A stretch of DNA of 64,000 nucleotides, taken from a candidate division WOR-3 bacterium. Its GTDB lineage: Bacteria > Hydrothermota > Hydrothermia > LBFQ01. Below, piece after piece: positions 48,806 through 59,339 of the stretch. Below the pieces are notes generated by a model, which ran no database searches, was not told where the DNA came from, and saw nothing but the letters and a program-made list of their open reading frames with translations. The first letter of the stretch is position 1. Each line of letters begins with the position of its first letter. Position numbers and translations under genes: made by a program. The stretch is taken from contig JBDRWW010000008.1 in assembly GCA_039802605.1 (NCBI GenBank), positions 1-64,000 on the forward strand, given 5' to 3'.

Positions 48806-49467
48806 GGCAGTTCCTCCTCACCTCCCCTTAAAATATCCCCTTTATAAATCCAAACCTTAACGCCTATGGTTCCCCACTTTGTAAATGCGGTGTCGTAGCC
48901 GTAATCTATATTTGCCCTAAGGGTTTGGAGGGGTACCCTCCCCTTGATATACCATTCCTTTCGTGCTATTTCCGCTCCTGCTATCCTACCCTTTACCTGT
49001 ACCCGTATCCCCTTTGCCCCCAACCTCATAGCGGCAAAGACGGCCCTCTTCATTAACCTCCGGTGATACGCCCTCTGTTCCAGCTTTCTCGCTATGTTGT
49101 ACGCCACCAACTGGGCATCCAATTCGGGTTGTTGGATTTCCCTGTATTCCACCATAATTTCTTTACCGAATCTCTTCTTCAAGGCTTCCCTTAAACCCTC
49201 TATGCTCTGCCCCTGTCTACCGATTATAACCCCTGGCCTTGCCGTGTATATTATTGCGGTTGTGATGTTTGCCGTGCGCTCTATAACTATCCTTGAAATT
49301 TGGGGGTCGTTTGGTGAGGATTTGTAATAATCAACTATGAACTTCCTTATATGGTAATCTTCAAGGAGGTTTTGGACATATTCCTTTTTGGTTTCCGCAT
49401 ACCATGTGGATTGCCAAGGCCTAAAATAGCCGGTTCTTAAACCAATTGGATGCGCCTTCTGTCCCAT
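48802..49467 (-). CDS. rpsC: 30S ribosomal protein S3
   Basis: MGQK.HP.G.R, RPGVIIG, GAEIAR, PLQTLRA.IDY. Confidence 0.97.
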   Translation of the reverse strand: MGQKAHPIGLRTGYFRPWQSTWYAETKKEYVQNLLEDYHIRKFIVDYYKSSPNDPQISRIVIERTANITTAIIYTARPGVIIGRQGQSIEGLREALKKRFGKEIMVEYREIQQPELDAQLVAYNIARKLEQRAYHRRLMKRAVFAAMRLGAKGIRVQVKGRIAGAEIARKEWYIKGRVPLQTLRANIDYGYDTAFTKWGTIGVKVWIYKGDILRGGEEELP

Positions 49468-49890
49468 TTATTTCCCCTCCTTTACAACAAATACCGTTAT
49501 ATGCGAAGTCCTCCTCCTAAAAATCCCGTTCCCCCCAAAACGGGCGGGTTTAACCGCGGGCTTCGGTATTTTCCACATGGGGCCTTTATCAACCTTAACC
49601 AAACCTATACGGAGGGTGGGGTAGAGGTCATCAACCCTTTTATCTGGTTCAAATTTATCCCTGTAAGAGGCCACGGCCGCCCTTAAAACCTTCCTCATAA
49701 TCCTTGCCCCTTTCTTCGGTGTGAATTGTAGGATATAATCGGCTTCCTGTACATTCATGTTCCTTATAAGGTCCGCTATGAGTTTCATCTTCTTTGGGGA
49801 TATTCTCGCCCTCCTCAATATGGCGATGCCACCCAACTTTTTCAATTCCGACCTGGGAAGCCTTCCAAAGTCCGTTATTTGGGTTTTCAT
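49468..49890 (-). CDS. rplV: 50S ribosomal protein L22
   Basis: [24 protein letters not shown]; operon position. Confidence 0.93.
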   Translation of the reverse strand: MKTQITDFGRLPRSELKKLGGIAILRRARISPKKMKLIADLIRNMNVQEADYILQFTPKKGARIMRKVLRAAVASYRDKFEPDKRVDDLYPTLRIGLVKVDKGPMWKIPKPAVKPARFGGNGIFRRRTSHITVFVVKEGK

Positions 49891-50171
49891 TTCTTATCCA
49901 CCTTCTTTCCTTCTTTATCCTTATGGCCTCCGAATGTGCGCGTGGGGGCGAATTCTCCGAGGCGGTGTCCAACCATATCCTGGGTGATATACACGGGTAT
50001 AAACTTCCTACCGTTATGAACCATAAATGTCAAACCTATCATCTCCGGTACTATCATAGAAGCCCTTGACCAGGTTTTTATAGGGGTTTTGTCCCCCGTT
50101 TCCAAAGCCCTTTTAACCTTTTTCATCAATTTTGGATCAACATAAGGCCCCTTCTTTAAACTCCTACCCAT
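49887..50171 (-). CDS. rpsS: 30S ribosomal protein S19
   Basis: [25 protein letters not shown]. Confidence 0.98.
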   Translation of the reverse strand: MGRSLKKGPYVDPKLMKKVKRALETGDKTPIKTWSRASMIVPEMIGLTFMVHNGRKFIPVYITQDMVGHRLGEFAPTRTFGGHKDKEGKKVDKK

Positions 50172-50174
50172 ATT

Positions 50175-51023
50175 TCACTCCTTTGAACCGTAACCTATTC
50201 TCCTCCTCTTGACTATAAACTCGGAAGAGATTTTCCTCGGATTTCTGGTCTTTACACCCCTTGCCAGCTTACCCCAAGGCGTCTTGGGTATTTTACCCTT
50301 TGTCCTACCCTCTCCACCTCCATGCGGGTGATCTACGGGGTTCATAGCCACACCCCTTACAGAAGGCCTCCTACCGAGCCACCTGCTCCTTCCAGCCTTT
50401 CCGAGAGTAACGTTTTCATGATCCACATTTGAAACTTGGCCAATGGTTGCATAACAATCGGGGTGGAATTTCCTGATCTCTCCGGACGGAAGTTGCACAT
50501 AAACCCAGTTTTCATCTTTTGAAAGTATAACGGCCTGAGTTCCAGCCGCTCTAACGAGTTGTCCGCCTTTCCCGGGGATAATCTCCAAATTGTGGATAGG
50601 TATTCCCTCCGGTATTCTACTCATCGGTAATGCGTTACCCGGCCTTATAGGGGCATCCGGACCGGATATAACTTCATCTCCCACCTTTATACCTTCGGGT
50701 GCCAATATGTACCTCTTTTCGCCATCTTTATACGCAACCAAGGCGATAAACGCGGTCCTATTGGGGTCGTACTCTATGGATTTTACAACACCTGGAATTC
50801 CGTTTTTATCCCTACGGTAGAAATCCACCAGACGGTACTTCCTCTTATTCCCACCTCCCCTATGCCTTACCGTTATCTTACCCTGATTGTTCCTCCCGGC
50901 CTTTTGCTTTTTGGGTTTTGTTAAAGATTTCTCGGGTTCTTCCTTTGTAATATATGCCGAGTAATCTATAACACTCATAAACCTCCTGCCGGGAGTTGTG
51001 GGTTTATACCTCTTAACCGGCAT
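50175..51023 (-). CDS. rplB: 50S ribosomal protein L2
   Basis: [37 protein letters not shown]. Confidence 0.98.
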   Translation of the reverse strand: MPVKRYKPTTPGRRFMSVIDYSAYITKEEPEKSLTKPKKQKAGRNNQGKITVRHRGGGNKRKYRLVDFYRRDKNGIPGVVKSIEYDPNRTAFIALVAYKDGEKRYILAPEGIKVGDEVISGPDAPIRPGNALPMSRIPEGIPIHNLEIIPGKGGQLVRAAGTQAVILSKDENWVYVQLPSGEIRKFHPDCYATIGQVSNVDHENVTLGKAGRSRWLGRRPSVRGVAMNPVDHPHGGGEGRTKGKIPKTPWGKLARGVKTRNPRKISSEFIVKRRRIGYGSKE

Positions 51024-51024
51024 A

Positions 51025-51321
51025 TTAAACCTCCAAGTCTATTTTATAACCCTCTTCAAGCGTAACTACGGCCTTCTTGTACGAAGATGTATAACCGACT
51101 TTTAGCCTATTCCTCAATCCCCTTTTCGGTTTGGGTTTAACTACCATGGTATTCACCTTCTTTACCTTAACCTTGAAGATCTTCTCGACCGCCTCTTTTA
51201 TCTGCCTCTTGTTCGCATCCTTGTGGACTATGAATATATACTTGTTTTGAGTATCCCTCAAATTTAAAGCCTTTTCCGTAATTACGGGCTCTATGATTAT
51301 ATCTTCATAAGTAAGCTTCAT
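51025..51321 (-). CDS. rplW: 50S ribosomal protein L23
   Basis: PVITEK, ANK.QIK.AVE, KKAVV. Confidence 0.96.
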   Translation of the reverse strand: MKLTYEDIIIEPVITEKALNLRDTQNKYIFIVHKDANKRQIKEAVEKIFKVKVKKVNTMVVKPKPKRGLRNRLKVGYTSSYKKAVVTLEEGYKIDLEV

Positions 51322-51941
51322 TTCAACAACCTCCCCTTCAAAACATCAATCGCACCCCTTTCTATGAAAACATGCTCGGACCAAAGGACATAATAGGTGT
51401 TCACCGTATCGGCTGGTAAAACTTCAACATCCTCTATGTTCCTCGCCGATAGGTAAAAGGTCCTGTTGGCGTTTTCCGGAACGAAAAGGATATTCCCATC
51501 AACCCCAACACTTTTAATCAGGTTGGCGACAACCTTGGTTTTAGGGGTTTCCATATTGAAGCTTTCCACGACATATATCCTGTTGTTTTGAGCCCTATCG
51601 CTCAAAGCCATTCTTAAAGCGAGGTTTTTAACCTTTTGTGGGAGTTTAATGTAATAATCCCTAGGCCTCGGCCCGTGCGCCTTACCGCCGCCTACGAATA
51701 TAGGGGCATACCTATCCCCATGCCTCGCCCTACCGGTGTGCTTCTGTGGCCATATTTTCTTGCGGGAACCCACAACCTCACCCCTTGTTTTGGCCTTGTG
51801 TGTTCCCTGCCTTTGGTTTATCAGATAAGCCCTTACGACTTCCCATAGGACATGCCTATTCGGTTCAATTCCAAAAATATCTTCGGGAAGTTCCATTTCG
51901 CCGGTTTTCTCACCGATTATATTGTAAACCGGTGCCTTCAT
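51318..51941 (-). CDS. rplD: 50S ribosomal protein L4
   Basis: [27 protein letters not shown]. Confidence 0.97.
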   Translation of the reverse strand: MKAPVYNIIGEKTGEMELPEDIFGIEPNRHVLWEVVRAYLINQRQGTHKAKTRGEVVGSRKKIWPQKHTGRARHGDRYAPIFVGGGKAHGPRPRDYYIKLPQKVKNLALRMALSDRAQNNRIYVVESFNMETPKTKVVANLIKSVGVDGNILFVPENANRTFYLSARNIEDVEVLPADTVNTYYVLWSEHVFIERGAIDVLKGRLLK

Positions 51942-52600
51942 ATCACCCTCCCGTATTTATAAACCGCCGGCCTTACAAACACATAACCGCCCTTGTGCCC
52001 GGGAACGCCACCTTTTACGAGCAATAAGTTGTGTTCTGGGATTATCTTAACGAGTTTTAGGTTTAATATGGTGACGGTTTCGTTTCCGTAATGACCCGCC
52101 ATCTTTTTACCCTTCCAAACCCTTGCGGGGAATGTGTGTTGTCCTATTGATCCGGGTCTCCTGTGGAATTTTGAACCGTGAGCGGCGGGACCACCCGAGA
52201 AATCCCACCTCTTTATCACACCGGCAAAACCCCTTCCCTTTGTTTTACCCTGAACATCCACAACTTCTATCCCCTCAAAAACTTTTACATCCAAACCCTC
52301 ACCTATGGGGAATTTATCCAAGTCGTTGGTCTTTACCTCATAAAATTTGGTGGGATATAGTTCCCTTTCCCCCAATTGTTTTTTAACAAAACCCAAAACC
52401 GCCCTTTTTATCTTTTGAGGGGGTTTAAAAAAGTATCCCACTATAAGGGCGTTATAACCATCCCTTTCCTTTGTCCTATACCCCACAACTATGTTTTCGG
52501 GTATTTGCAAAACCGTAACGCCTACGGGTATTGCCAAGGGTTCCCCCTCGGGTTGAACATAAACTTGCGTCATACCCAACTTTTTGGCCAAAACCCTCAT
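51938..52600 (-). CDS. rplC: 50S ribosomal protein L3
   Basis: KLGMTQ, KGRGFAG.IKRW, HGS..HR.PGSIG, GKKMAG, VKGGVPG. Confidence 0.97.
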   Translation of the reverse strand: MRVLAKKLGMTQVYVQPEGEPLAIPVGVTVLQIPENIVVGYRTKERDGYNALIVGYFFKPPQKIKRAVLGFVKKQLGERELYPTKFYEVKTNDLDKFPIGEGLDVKVFEGIEVVDVQGKTKGRGFAGVIKRWDFSGGPAAHGSKFHRRPGSIGQHTFPARVWKGKKMAGHYGNETVTILNLKLVKIIPEHNLLLVKGGVPGHKGGYVFVRPAVYKYGRVI

Positions 52601-52605
52601 TGAAT

Positions 52606-52917
52606 TTACTCCTGCAATAACTTAACCTTAACATCCACGCCGGGAGGTATGTCTATCTGGGAGATCTTATCCATGGTTTCAGGTGTTGCGTTTGAGATTT
52701 CTATTAACCTTGCATGTCTCTTTAAAATGAAATGCTCTTGTCCCCTCTTGTCAATATGAGGACCCCTAATTACGGCAAATAGGGTTTTGCGCGTTGGTAG
52801 GGGGATCGGCCCGGATACCGTTGCCCCCGTGGATCTGGCTGTCACAACGATTTGTTTTGCAACCCTATCCAACACCGCGGGATCAAACGATTTCAGTTTT
52901 AGCCTAATCTTATCCAT
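52606..52917 (-). CDS. rpsJ: 30S ribosomal protein S10
   Basis: IRLKLKSFD, GPIPLPT, PH.DK. Confidence 0.97.
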   Translation of the reverse strand: MDKIRLKLKSFDPAVLDRVAKQIVVTARSTGATVSGPIPLPTRKTLFAVIRGPHIDKRGQEHFILKRHARLIEISNATPETMDKISQIDIPPGVDVKVKLLQE

Positions 52918-54134
52918 TATTCAATGATTTCGGTTATAACCCCGGCTCCAACCGTTCTTCCACCCTCGCGTATTGCAAACCTCAAACCCCTTTCTATTGC
53001 AACGGGATATATGAGTTCTACCTCCATCTGTACATTATCGCCGGGCATTGCCATCTCCCTACCGTCTGCGAGTTTGATGGTTCCGGTAACATCCGTTGTT
53101 CTGAAATAGAATTGGGGCCTATAACCGTTGAAGAAGGGGGTACTCCTTCCACCCTCTTCCTTTTTCAGGATATAAACCTCCGCCTTAAACTTCCTGTGAG
53201 CCTTTATTGAGCCGGGCTTTGCCAAAACCATACCCCTCTCAACATCATCTTTGCTAACACCCCTCAAAAGGGCGCCTATGTTATCACCGGGTATGGCCTC
53301 ATCCAAAACTTTGCGGAACATTTCTATGGATGTAACCACGGTTTTCAGGGGTTCATCGCGGAAGCCCACTATTTCAACCTCATCACCGGCTTTTAATATA
53401 CCCCTTTCAACCCTTCCCGTAACAACGGTTCCACGACCCGTAATGCTGAATACATCCTCTACGGCCATTAGGAACGGTTTGTCTATCTCCCTCACGGGCT
53501 CGGGTATATATTCGTCCAAGGCCTCCACGAGTTTAAGTATGGCCCCGGCCCCTATGGGATCATCAAAATTGGAAGGGTTTTGTAAGGCCCTAAGGGCAGA
53601 ACCCCTTATGACCGGAACCTCATCACCCGGATATCCGTATTGGTTTAATAGATCCCTAACCTCAAGCTCCACAAGGTCCAAAAGTTCGGGGTCATCAACG
53701 AGGTCAACCTTGTTTATAAACACCACTATCGCCGGAACATTTACCTGACGGGCCAAGAGGACATGCTCCCTTGTCTGGGGCATTACGGAGTCTACTGCGG
53801 AAACCACGAGAATAGCACCATCCATTTGTGCGGCTCCGGTTATCATGTTTTTGATGTAGTCCGCGTGCCCGGGGCAGTCTATGTGGGCGTAGTGGTATTT
53901 ATCCGATTCGTATTCCACATGCGCTATGTTTATCGTTAGGATTTTCGTTTCGTCTTTCCTCGCTATCTTTGCATCCGCCTTTGCAACCTCGTCGTAGCTC
54001 TTGGGTTGGGCCTTACCCTTGGCGGCCAAAACATGTGTTATTGCCGCCGTTAGAGTGGTTTTACCATGGTCTATATGCCCTATGGTGCCAACATTTTTAT
54101 GCGGTTTTGTCCTAACAAATTTCTCCTTCGCCAT
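52917..54134 (-). CDS. tuf: Elongation factor Tu (atypical switch I)
   Basis: [53 protein letters not shown]. Confidence 0.98.
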   Translation of the reverse strand: MAKEKFVRTKPHKNVGTIGHIDHGKTTLTAAITHVLAAKGKAQPKSYDEVAKADAKIARKDETKILTINIAHVEYESDKYHYAHIDCPGHADYIKNMITGAAQMDGAILVVSAVDSVMPQTREHVLLARQVNVPAIVVFINKVDLVDDPELLDLVELEVRDLLNQYGYPGDEVPVIRGSALRALQNPSNFDDPIGAGAILKLVEALDEYIPEPVREIDKPFLMAVEDVFSITGRGTVVTGRVERGILKAGDEVEIVGFRDEPLKTVVTSIEMFRKVLDEAIPGDNIGALLRGVSKDDVERGMVLAKPGSIKAHRKFKAEVYILKKEEGGRSTPFFNGYRPQFYFRTTDVTGTIKLADGREMAMPGDNVQMEVELIYPVAIERGLRFAIREGGRTVGAGVITEIIE

Positions 54135-54153
54135 TTTCCTTACCTCCTTTAAA

Positions 54154-54225
54154 CTGCGGGGCAGGGACTCGAACCCCGATCTCCTGATCCAGAGTCAGGC
54201 GTGTTGCCAATTACACCACCCCGCA
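54154..54225 (-). tRNA. tRNA-Gln(CTG)
   Basis: TGCGGGG/CCCCGCA stem, G73, CCTGA-CT-CTG-GA-TCAGG; no CCA. Confidence 0.95.
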
Positions 54226-54241
54226 ACAAAAATGAGCGGAT

Positions 54242-54247
54242 ATTATA
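54242..54247 (-). promoter_or_regulatory. -10 box for the tRNA-Gln-tuf-S10 transcript
   Basis: TATAAT 16 nt upstream of the tRNA-Gln 5' end. Confidence 0.6.
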
Positions 54248-54297
54248 AGGCTGAAATTCTTAAAGTGTAGGGGGTTTGATTTTGGGGTTACAAGTTT

Positions 54298-55023
54298 TCA
54301 AGGGCTTTGACTCGGGTTTGTTTTTTGAAAAAGTATAGCGCCCATATAAGTTTTTAAGTTCTCTATTTTTACCTCTGGATAAGCCACCTTGAAAGATTTA
54401 ATAAGGCTGTTTTCGGACAGTGGCGGATAGTTTTCAAACATAAACCTTAAAAAATTCCGCACCTCATCATCCTGCGAGTAAACCATCATAAAAGGCATGA
54501 TTATGTTAAAAAACATCTCTTCCTTCCTTGATAACCCAATGCCTTCAAAATTCATTATGCTTTTAAGAGAATTTTTGAGGTTTTTACTCCCTATCCCTGA
54601 CTTTATTCTCTCCAAAAAGAAATTCACAAGGCCGCATTCAGTAGTTTTTGATAGAAGAACCGATATACCCTTAATTCTTTTCTCCGGAAAATTTGTAGGT
54701 CTTATCCCTTTGTAAATCCATACGGATTTATCCATCCTCAACGAGAAATCAAAGTCCTCCGGCAAGCCATTTTTATCATCTATAAATCCCGCTCTATACA
54801 AAAGTGCTTTTTCTATAATGGATTTTTCTTTTAGTTTTCTTATTTCTGCGTATGGAGTAATTAAAGCGAGTTCAAGGAAATTCACCTTGTTTTTGGGATA
54901 ACCAAGTGAAAGCATAATTTCTCTGTAAATCGCTTCATCGGGAAGGGCAATTTTGAGAAGATTTTTCATCCTTTGCTTTTTGAGTTCAAGCCACTTGTCA
55001 CCAAGATAATTCAGGTCAATCAT
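54298..55023 (-). CDS. Hypothetical protein resembling the C-terminal half of DUF2851
   Basis: LGY.KNK..F.ELA, W...GIRPTNFP..RI, N.I.PF motifs recalled from DUF2851. Confidence 0.5.
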   Translation of the reverse strand: MIDLNYLGDKWLELKKQRMKNLLKIALPDEAIYREIMLSLGYPKNKVNFLELALITPYAEIRKLKEKSIIEKALLYRAGFIDDKNGLPEDFDFSLRMDKSVWIYKGIRPTNFPEKRIKGISVLLSKTTECGLVNFFLERIKSGIGSKNLKNSLKSIMNFEGIGLSRKEEMFFNIIMPFMMVYSQDDEVRNFLRFMFENYPPLSENSLIKSFKVAYPEVKIENLKTYMGAILFQKTNPSQSP

Positions 55024-55046
55024 AAATTTAGTTTCTTGGTAGAATT

Positions 55047-55451
55047 TTACTTTAAGTCTTCTTCTTTTACGGAGAGTTTTTTAAAAATGAAATCTTTTAC
55101 TTTTTTTGCTATATCAAATGCCTTTTTCGCTTCATCAAGCGTTGGTGTATAAAATTCATCAGGATACCTTATCTCAACTGCGTAAAATGTAAGGTCTCCC
55201 ACATCTAATTCTTCAAACTCTTTATCCTCTTCACTGCATAGCTTCAAGAGAAATTCTAAATTATGAGTCCTGCCAAAATCCTTATTTTTAAAAGTAAGAT
55301 ATGCTTTTAATGCTTTTTCTACAAATTGTTGAGCGTGGAAACATACACTGCTTGTTACAATATCTTCTTCTGGCAATCTAAACTCATTTTCAATTGTCTT
55401 ATAATCTTCAAGGGCTTTGAGCAGCCATTTTTTAACTCTTTCATCTATCAT
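55047..55451 (-). CDS. HEPN-domain protein (toxin of HEPN-MNT pair)
   Basis: W..KA.ED, FHAQQ..EKALKA, RTHNL..L, IRYP. Confidence 0.92.
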   Translation of the reverse strand: MIDERVKKWLLKALEDYKTIENEFRLPEEDIVTSSVCFHAQQFVEKALKAYLTFKNKDFGRTHNLEFLLKLCSEEDKEFEELDVGDLTFYAVEIRYPDEFYTPTLDEAKKAFDIAKKVKDFIFKKLSVKEEDLK

Positions 55452-55786
55452 ATTTCAATTCCTTCTTTTAAAGCCTCTCTCGTGACCGAACCCGGAAAGT
55501 CTTTATAATATTCCGTTTCTTTTTGTGACTTTATTACTATATCGGATGGAATAAACATCTCTGCTAAAACTTTCCTTATGGTTTTTGCAATTTCTCTTTT
55601 TTCCTGTGTGTTCAAATCACTCCTAACAATAATTAAAATGTCCCAATCGCTATTTTCTTTATAATCACCTCTTGCTCTTGAACCAAATAGAATGATTTTC
55701 AGGACATCAATCCCTTTGCCTTCAAAAATTTCTTTTACTTTCTTTTTGATAATTTCCTTCATATCCTCTTTCCCCTTCATCTTCAA
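55448..55786 (-). CDS. Minimal nucleotidyltransferase (MNT antitoxin)
   Basis: LFGSRARGD....SDWD (GSx10DxD), KEG at C-terminus. Confidence 0.92.
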   Translation of the reverse strand: MKMKGKEDMKEIIKKKVKEIFEGKGIDVLKIILFGSRARGDYKENSDWDILIIVRSDLNTQEKREIAKTIRKVLAEMFIPSDIVIKSQKETEYYKDFPGSVTREALKEGIEI

Positions 55787-58700
55787 ACACTCCTCGCTTT
55801 TTCTAACCTTGTTTTTACAAGTTCGGCAACTGCCCAGTAAACCTCTTTTCGTTCTTCTTCGGTTAATCCAAGGGCATCAAAGATAATGTCATCAAGGGCT
55901 TTTCTATCGGGCAATGGATTTGGCTCCTGCTTACGGATGGGTTTTGATGGGTCAAAGCCGAGTTCGGTGAAGATGGAGTAAATTGGACGATTTAAAAAAT
56001 TATCCCCCATATGAAAATTGCTAATATTTAAAAACAAACACGGAAAACGAATAAGGTCTATTTTCACCAAACGGATAGCACCACCCCCCAATCCTTTCCT
56101 TCCAAGAACTTCAATAAAAAAGGCAGTTAGCGTAGAGTTTAACAACAAACATAATGATTTGTTATCTATTTTTTTTCCTGTTATACCATAAAAATTATGC
56201 TCAAATGGTAAATTATCTAAATTGTAATGACATAGATGTTTATCTCCACGCAAATCAGGCCATAACAATGGGGCTCTTCTAATTTCATATGGAACGGATT
56301 TTACTTTTACTACTGAAACAGCATCCTCTTTTTTTAGTAAAATTTTACTAACTTCTTTGGGAGTTTTAAAAACAGGTGAATATTCGTCAGCATTAAAAGT
56401 ATCAGTTATTCTTTTGTAATACTTTCTATTGTTTCCTGTAATAATTCCTGATTTAACCTCTGCAATATCTCCCAACCTAACCAATTTTCCTTTCCCTTTT
56501 TCCAAAATCTTAAAGTAAATCTCCGGAGCCCTCAGATACTTTCCGCCCCATTTGTTGCCAATGTAGGGCGGGTCAAATTTTACCACTTCAACACCTTCCT
56601 GTAAAAGTTCTTTTTTAGTTTTCGGATAAATTCTGAAATCTTCATCACCAAAAACCGGTTGATTTGCGCTCTCAATTTTTTTGATAACCTGCGCATTACT
56701 TACATCTTCAAAGGGCTTTTTGAAGGCAACAAATTTTATTGTGTAATCATCAAGTTTATTTTCAGGTCTTTGGATTAAAACAATTACCGTATTAACATCT
56801 GCTTGCTTGAATGACCTTTTTGCAAGATTGTCAAAAATATAGATTGGCCTCATATTTTTGAGGAGAAACTCCTGAAGTCCAGCGCCATATCCCACATCAA
56901 GCCAGGAATTGGAGTTTATAAAGCAAAATATACCGCCGGGACGAAGTAAAGACAGTCCCTGATAGTAAAAATAAACATAAAGGTCGCTTTTTCTGTCAAT
57001 TTTTGTGATATTATTCCACACGATTTTAACCGATTGAATTAGTTTTTCTTTATATTCTCTCTTTATTTCTCTCCATTCTTCTTCGGAATATTGGTTTTTG
57101 TTTTCAAGTGGTGGAGCAATCAGCTCCTGTCTTACATAAGGAGGATTACCAATAACTATATCAAAACCGCCATTTTGGGAAAAGGCCTCAACAAAATCAA
57201 GCTCCCAGAGAAAGTAATCTTTTTGAGTTTTTTGCCCTATTTTACTTAGCAATGAACTGTAATTTTTAAGTTTCGTTTTTTCCTTCTCTATAAGAGCTTC
57301 AATCTTTTTTACTTGTTCCTTATCGGTTCTTTCGAACCCATACAAATCCCGCTGAGATGTTAAGAAGCGGAGCTGATTTTCGTAGCTCTGTATTGTCTTT
57401 TTCACCTCATCAATCTTTGATTGAATAATCTCTTTAAAGATTTCCTGTTCAAAATTTTCAATTTCTTTAAGTTCTTTTAAATCGGCGCTTATTAAACCGG
57501 AAAAGAATTTGCTTTTTCTTTCCACAAGCTGTAATATTTTATCTCTGATTGGTTTGGGGATATAACGCATCTCGCTTCTGAGGTTTATATGAACCCCTGC
57601 AATTTCCTGAATGAGTGAATCCCCCTGACGGATTTTAAACGAAAGATTTGGCAAAAGAGGTTTTGTGTAAATATCCATATATTTTTCGTCTGTTTCTATG
57701 ATTAATGAAAGCCACAATCTCAACTCACCCACCATTACAGCCCAATCCTTAACATCCACACCGTAAAGGTTTTCAAGAATAATTTTTTGTTTCAAAGCGA
57801 ATAAGTTTTCTTCCCTGTTTTCAAGGTATCTTGTTATTTCCTGATGAAGTTCAACGAGAATATTCATCATTCCAACAAGGAATGAGGCGGACCCAACGGC
57901 TGGGTCAACAACTTTTACTTTGTCAAGTTTTTCTTTAATTTTAATGAGTTCATCTCCGCTAAGCGATGAAACCTTGTTATGAGGGTCAAAGATAAAGTCA
58001 ATTATCTTTTCCTTTGAAATTTTTGTCTCGTTGGCAAGGTACTCAACAAGAGACATTCTGCACATAAAGTCAATTTCAACTCTTGGAGTGTAAAAAATTC
58101 CCGCTTCGCCTCTCTCCTCTTCTGCAATTAAGGATTCATAAACTTTGCCAAGCATTTCTGGATCAACCGCAACTTCAACATCCACAGGCAGTGATTCATT
58201 AATCGTAAAGTTGAATGTCTCAAGAAAACCTTTTTTCAAATCATTAGGGTCTGGCTCAAACAACCATTCAAAGACACTATCCGGAACATCAAACCCCAAT
58301 TCATCCAATTCGGTGCGTGAGAATAGACCGCCGTTCAGAAAGGGCATAATGCTAAAAGATTCTCTGATGTCCTCGGGTAAATCTGGATGCAAGTATTGCA
58401 ATTTTTTATTGAATGCTCCAAAAAATAGACTTGAAAGCCATTGTGAATAAAAGACATCCTTTTTTCCGTTCTTTTCTCGCCAATCTTTGTATTTGAGCCA
58501 AAGATTTTTCATATAATTTTTATCCTGCACATAATCCTTCCATTTAAACCAGCCCTTTCTTTGTAGGAAATAAAGGAACATAATTCTTGAAAGCAGCAGC
58601 TGAGCAAATGAGTGTTTTTTCTGATAAGGAACATCATATTTAGAAAGGGATTTAATTAGAACTTCCTTTAAAGCATGTTTGTAAGCTTCAAAGAACTCCT

Positions 58701-59304
58701 CCGTTACAACCTCAACATTAAAGGCCTCTTCCAAATCTTCCAGCGTTGGATACTTATTGCTTTCCAGCAAAGGCAAAAATCTACTCTGCGCCGTGTGGCT
58801 CTTTTCGTTTTTACCCACCAAAAAGGAAAACCTTTTTGCAGGCGTAAGCTCCTCTTTACCCCTAAGCTTTCCCGTTGGAGTTTCAACTAATTTATAATCC
58901 ACTTTTACAAGGGAAAATCTCCAATCTTCTCCATTGGGAGGGACAAAAGCCACAAGTGCGGCATCCTTCTTAGAGTCTGTTCCCAATTTACCTTGTAGGT
59001 ATTCTGCTACAAAGTTTCTTTGAGCTGTCCGGGCGCGATACAATGAAGTTTCCCTTTTCAATCTTACGATCAAAATATCAATGATGTGCTCACCATTGTT
59101 TGGTTCATAGCGTCCTAAACGCTCCCATGACTCTATGAAATCAAGATACTTTTCCTTTACACCCTGAATTCCACTTCTTGGAGGGATTGCCTTTTCCCTA
59201 TTATAAGTTTTCAGAAGATTGAGTATAAATTTTTCAAAACGTTCCCTATCAAATGGATTTTCAAAGGTTTCAACTATTAACCTTTTTGCCTGTTCCCTGT
59301 TCAT
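55783..59304 (-). CDS. Large gamma-class N6-adenine DNA methyltransferase (Eco57I/type IIG-like architecture)
   Basis: FLNGGLF, GIFYTP, DPAVGSASF (motif I), GNPPY (motif IV), C-terminal TRD. Confidence 0.9.
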   Translation of the reverse strand: MNREQAKRLIVETFENPFDRERFEKFILNLLKTYNREKAIPPRSGIQGVKEKYLDFIESWERLGRYEPNNGEHIIDILIVRLKRETSLYRARTAQRNFVAEYLQGKLGTDSKKDAALVAFVPPNGEDWRFSLVKVDYKLVETPTGKLRGKEELTPAKRFSFLVGKNEKSHTAQSRFLPLLESNKYPTLEDLEEAFNVEVVTEEFFEAYKHALKEVLIKSLSKYDVPYQKKHSFAQLLLSRIMFLYFLQRKGWFKWKDYVQDKNYMKNLWLKYKDWREKNGKKDVFYSQWLSSLFFGAFNKKLQYLHPDLPEDIRESFSIMPFLNGGLFSRTELDELGFDVPDSVFEWLFEPDPNDLKKGFLETFNFTINESLPVDVEVAVDPEMLGKVYESLIAEEERGEAGIFYTPRVEIDFMCRMSLVEYLANETKISKEKIIDFIFDPHNKVSSLSGDELIKIKEKLDKVKVVDPAVGSASFLVGMMNILVELHQEITRYLENREENLFALKQKIILENLYGVDVKDWAVMVGELRLWLSLIIETDEKYMDIYTKPLLPNLSFKIRQGDSLIQEIAGVHINLRSEMRYIPKPIRDKILQLVERKSKFFSGLISADLKELKEIENFEQEIFKEIIQSKIDEVKKTIQSYENQLRFLTSQRDLYGFERTDKEQVKKIEALIEKEKTKLKNYSSLLSKIGQKTQKDYFLWELDFVEAFSQNGGFDIVIGNPPYVRQELIAPPLENKNQYSEEEWREIKREYKEKLIQSVKIVWNNITKIDRKSDLYVYFYYQGLSLLRPGGIFCFINSNSWLDVGYGAGLQEFLLKNMRPIYIFDNLAKRSFKQADVNTVIVLIQRPENKLDDYTIKFVAFKKPFEDVSNAQVIKKIESANQPVFGDEDFRIYPKTKKELLQEGVEVVKFDPPYIGNKWGGKYLRAPEIYFKILEKGKGKLVRLGDIAEVKSGIITGNNRKYYKRITDTFNADEYSPVFKTPKEVSKILLKKEDAVSVVKVKSVPYEIRRAPLLWPDLRGDKHLCHYNLDNLPFEHNFYGITGKKIDNKSLCLLLNSTLTAFFIEVLGRKGLGGGAIRLVKIDLIRFPCLFLNISNFHMGDNFLNRPIYSIFTELGFDPSKPIRKQEPNPLPDRKALDDIIFDALGLTEEERKEVYWAVAELVKTRLEKARSV

Positions 59305-59339
59305 TTTTACCCCCTCCTTGTTTATTTTTGTTTTTTTCG

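Noticed and set aside
51720..51770. uL4 loop QKHTG instead of QKGTG
   Set aside because: As I recall this variant also occurs in Thermus uL4, so it is not unusual
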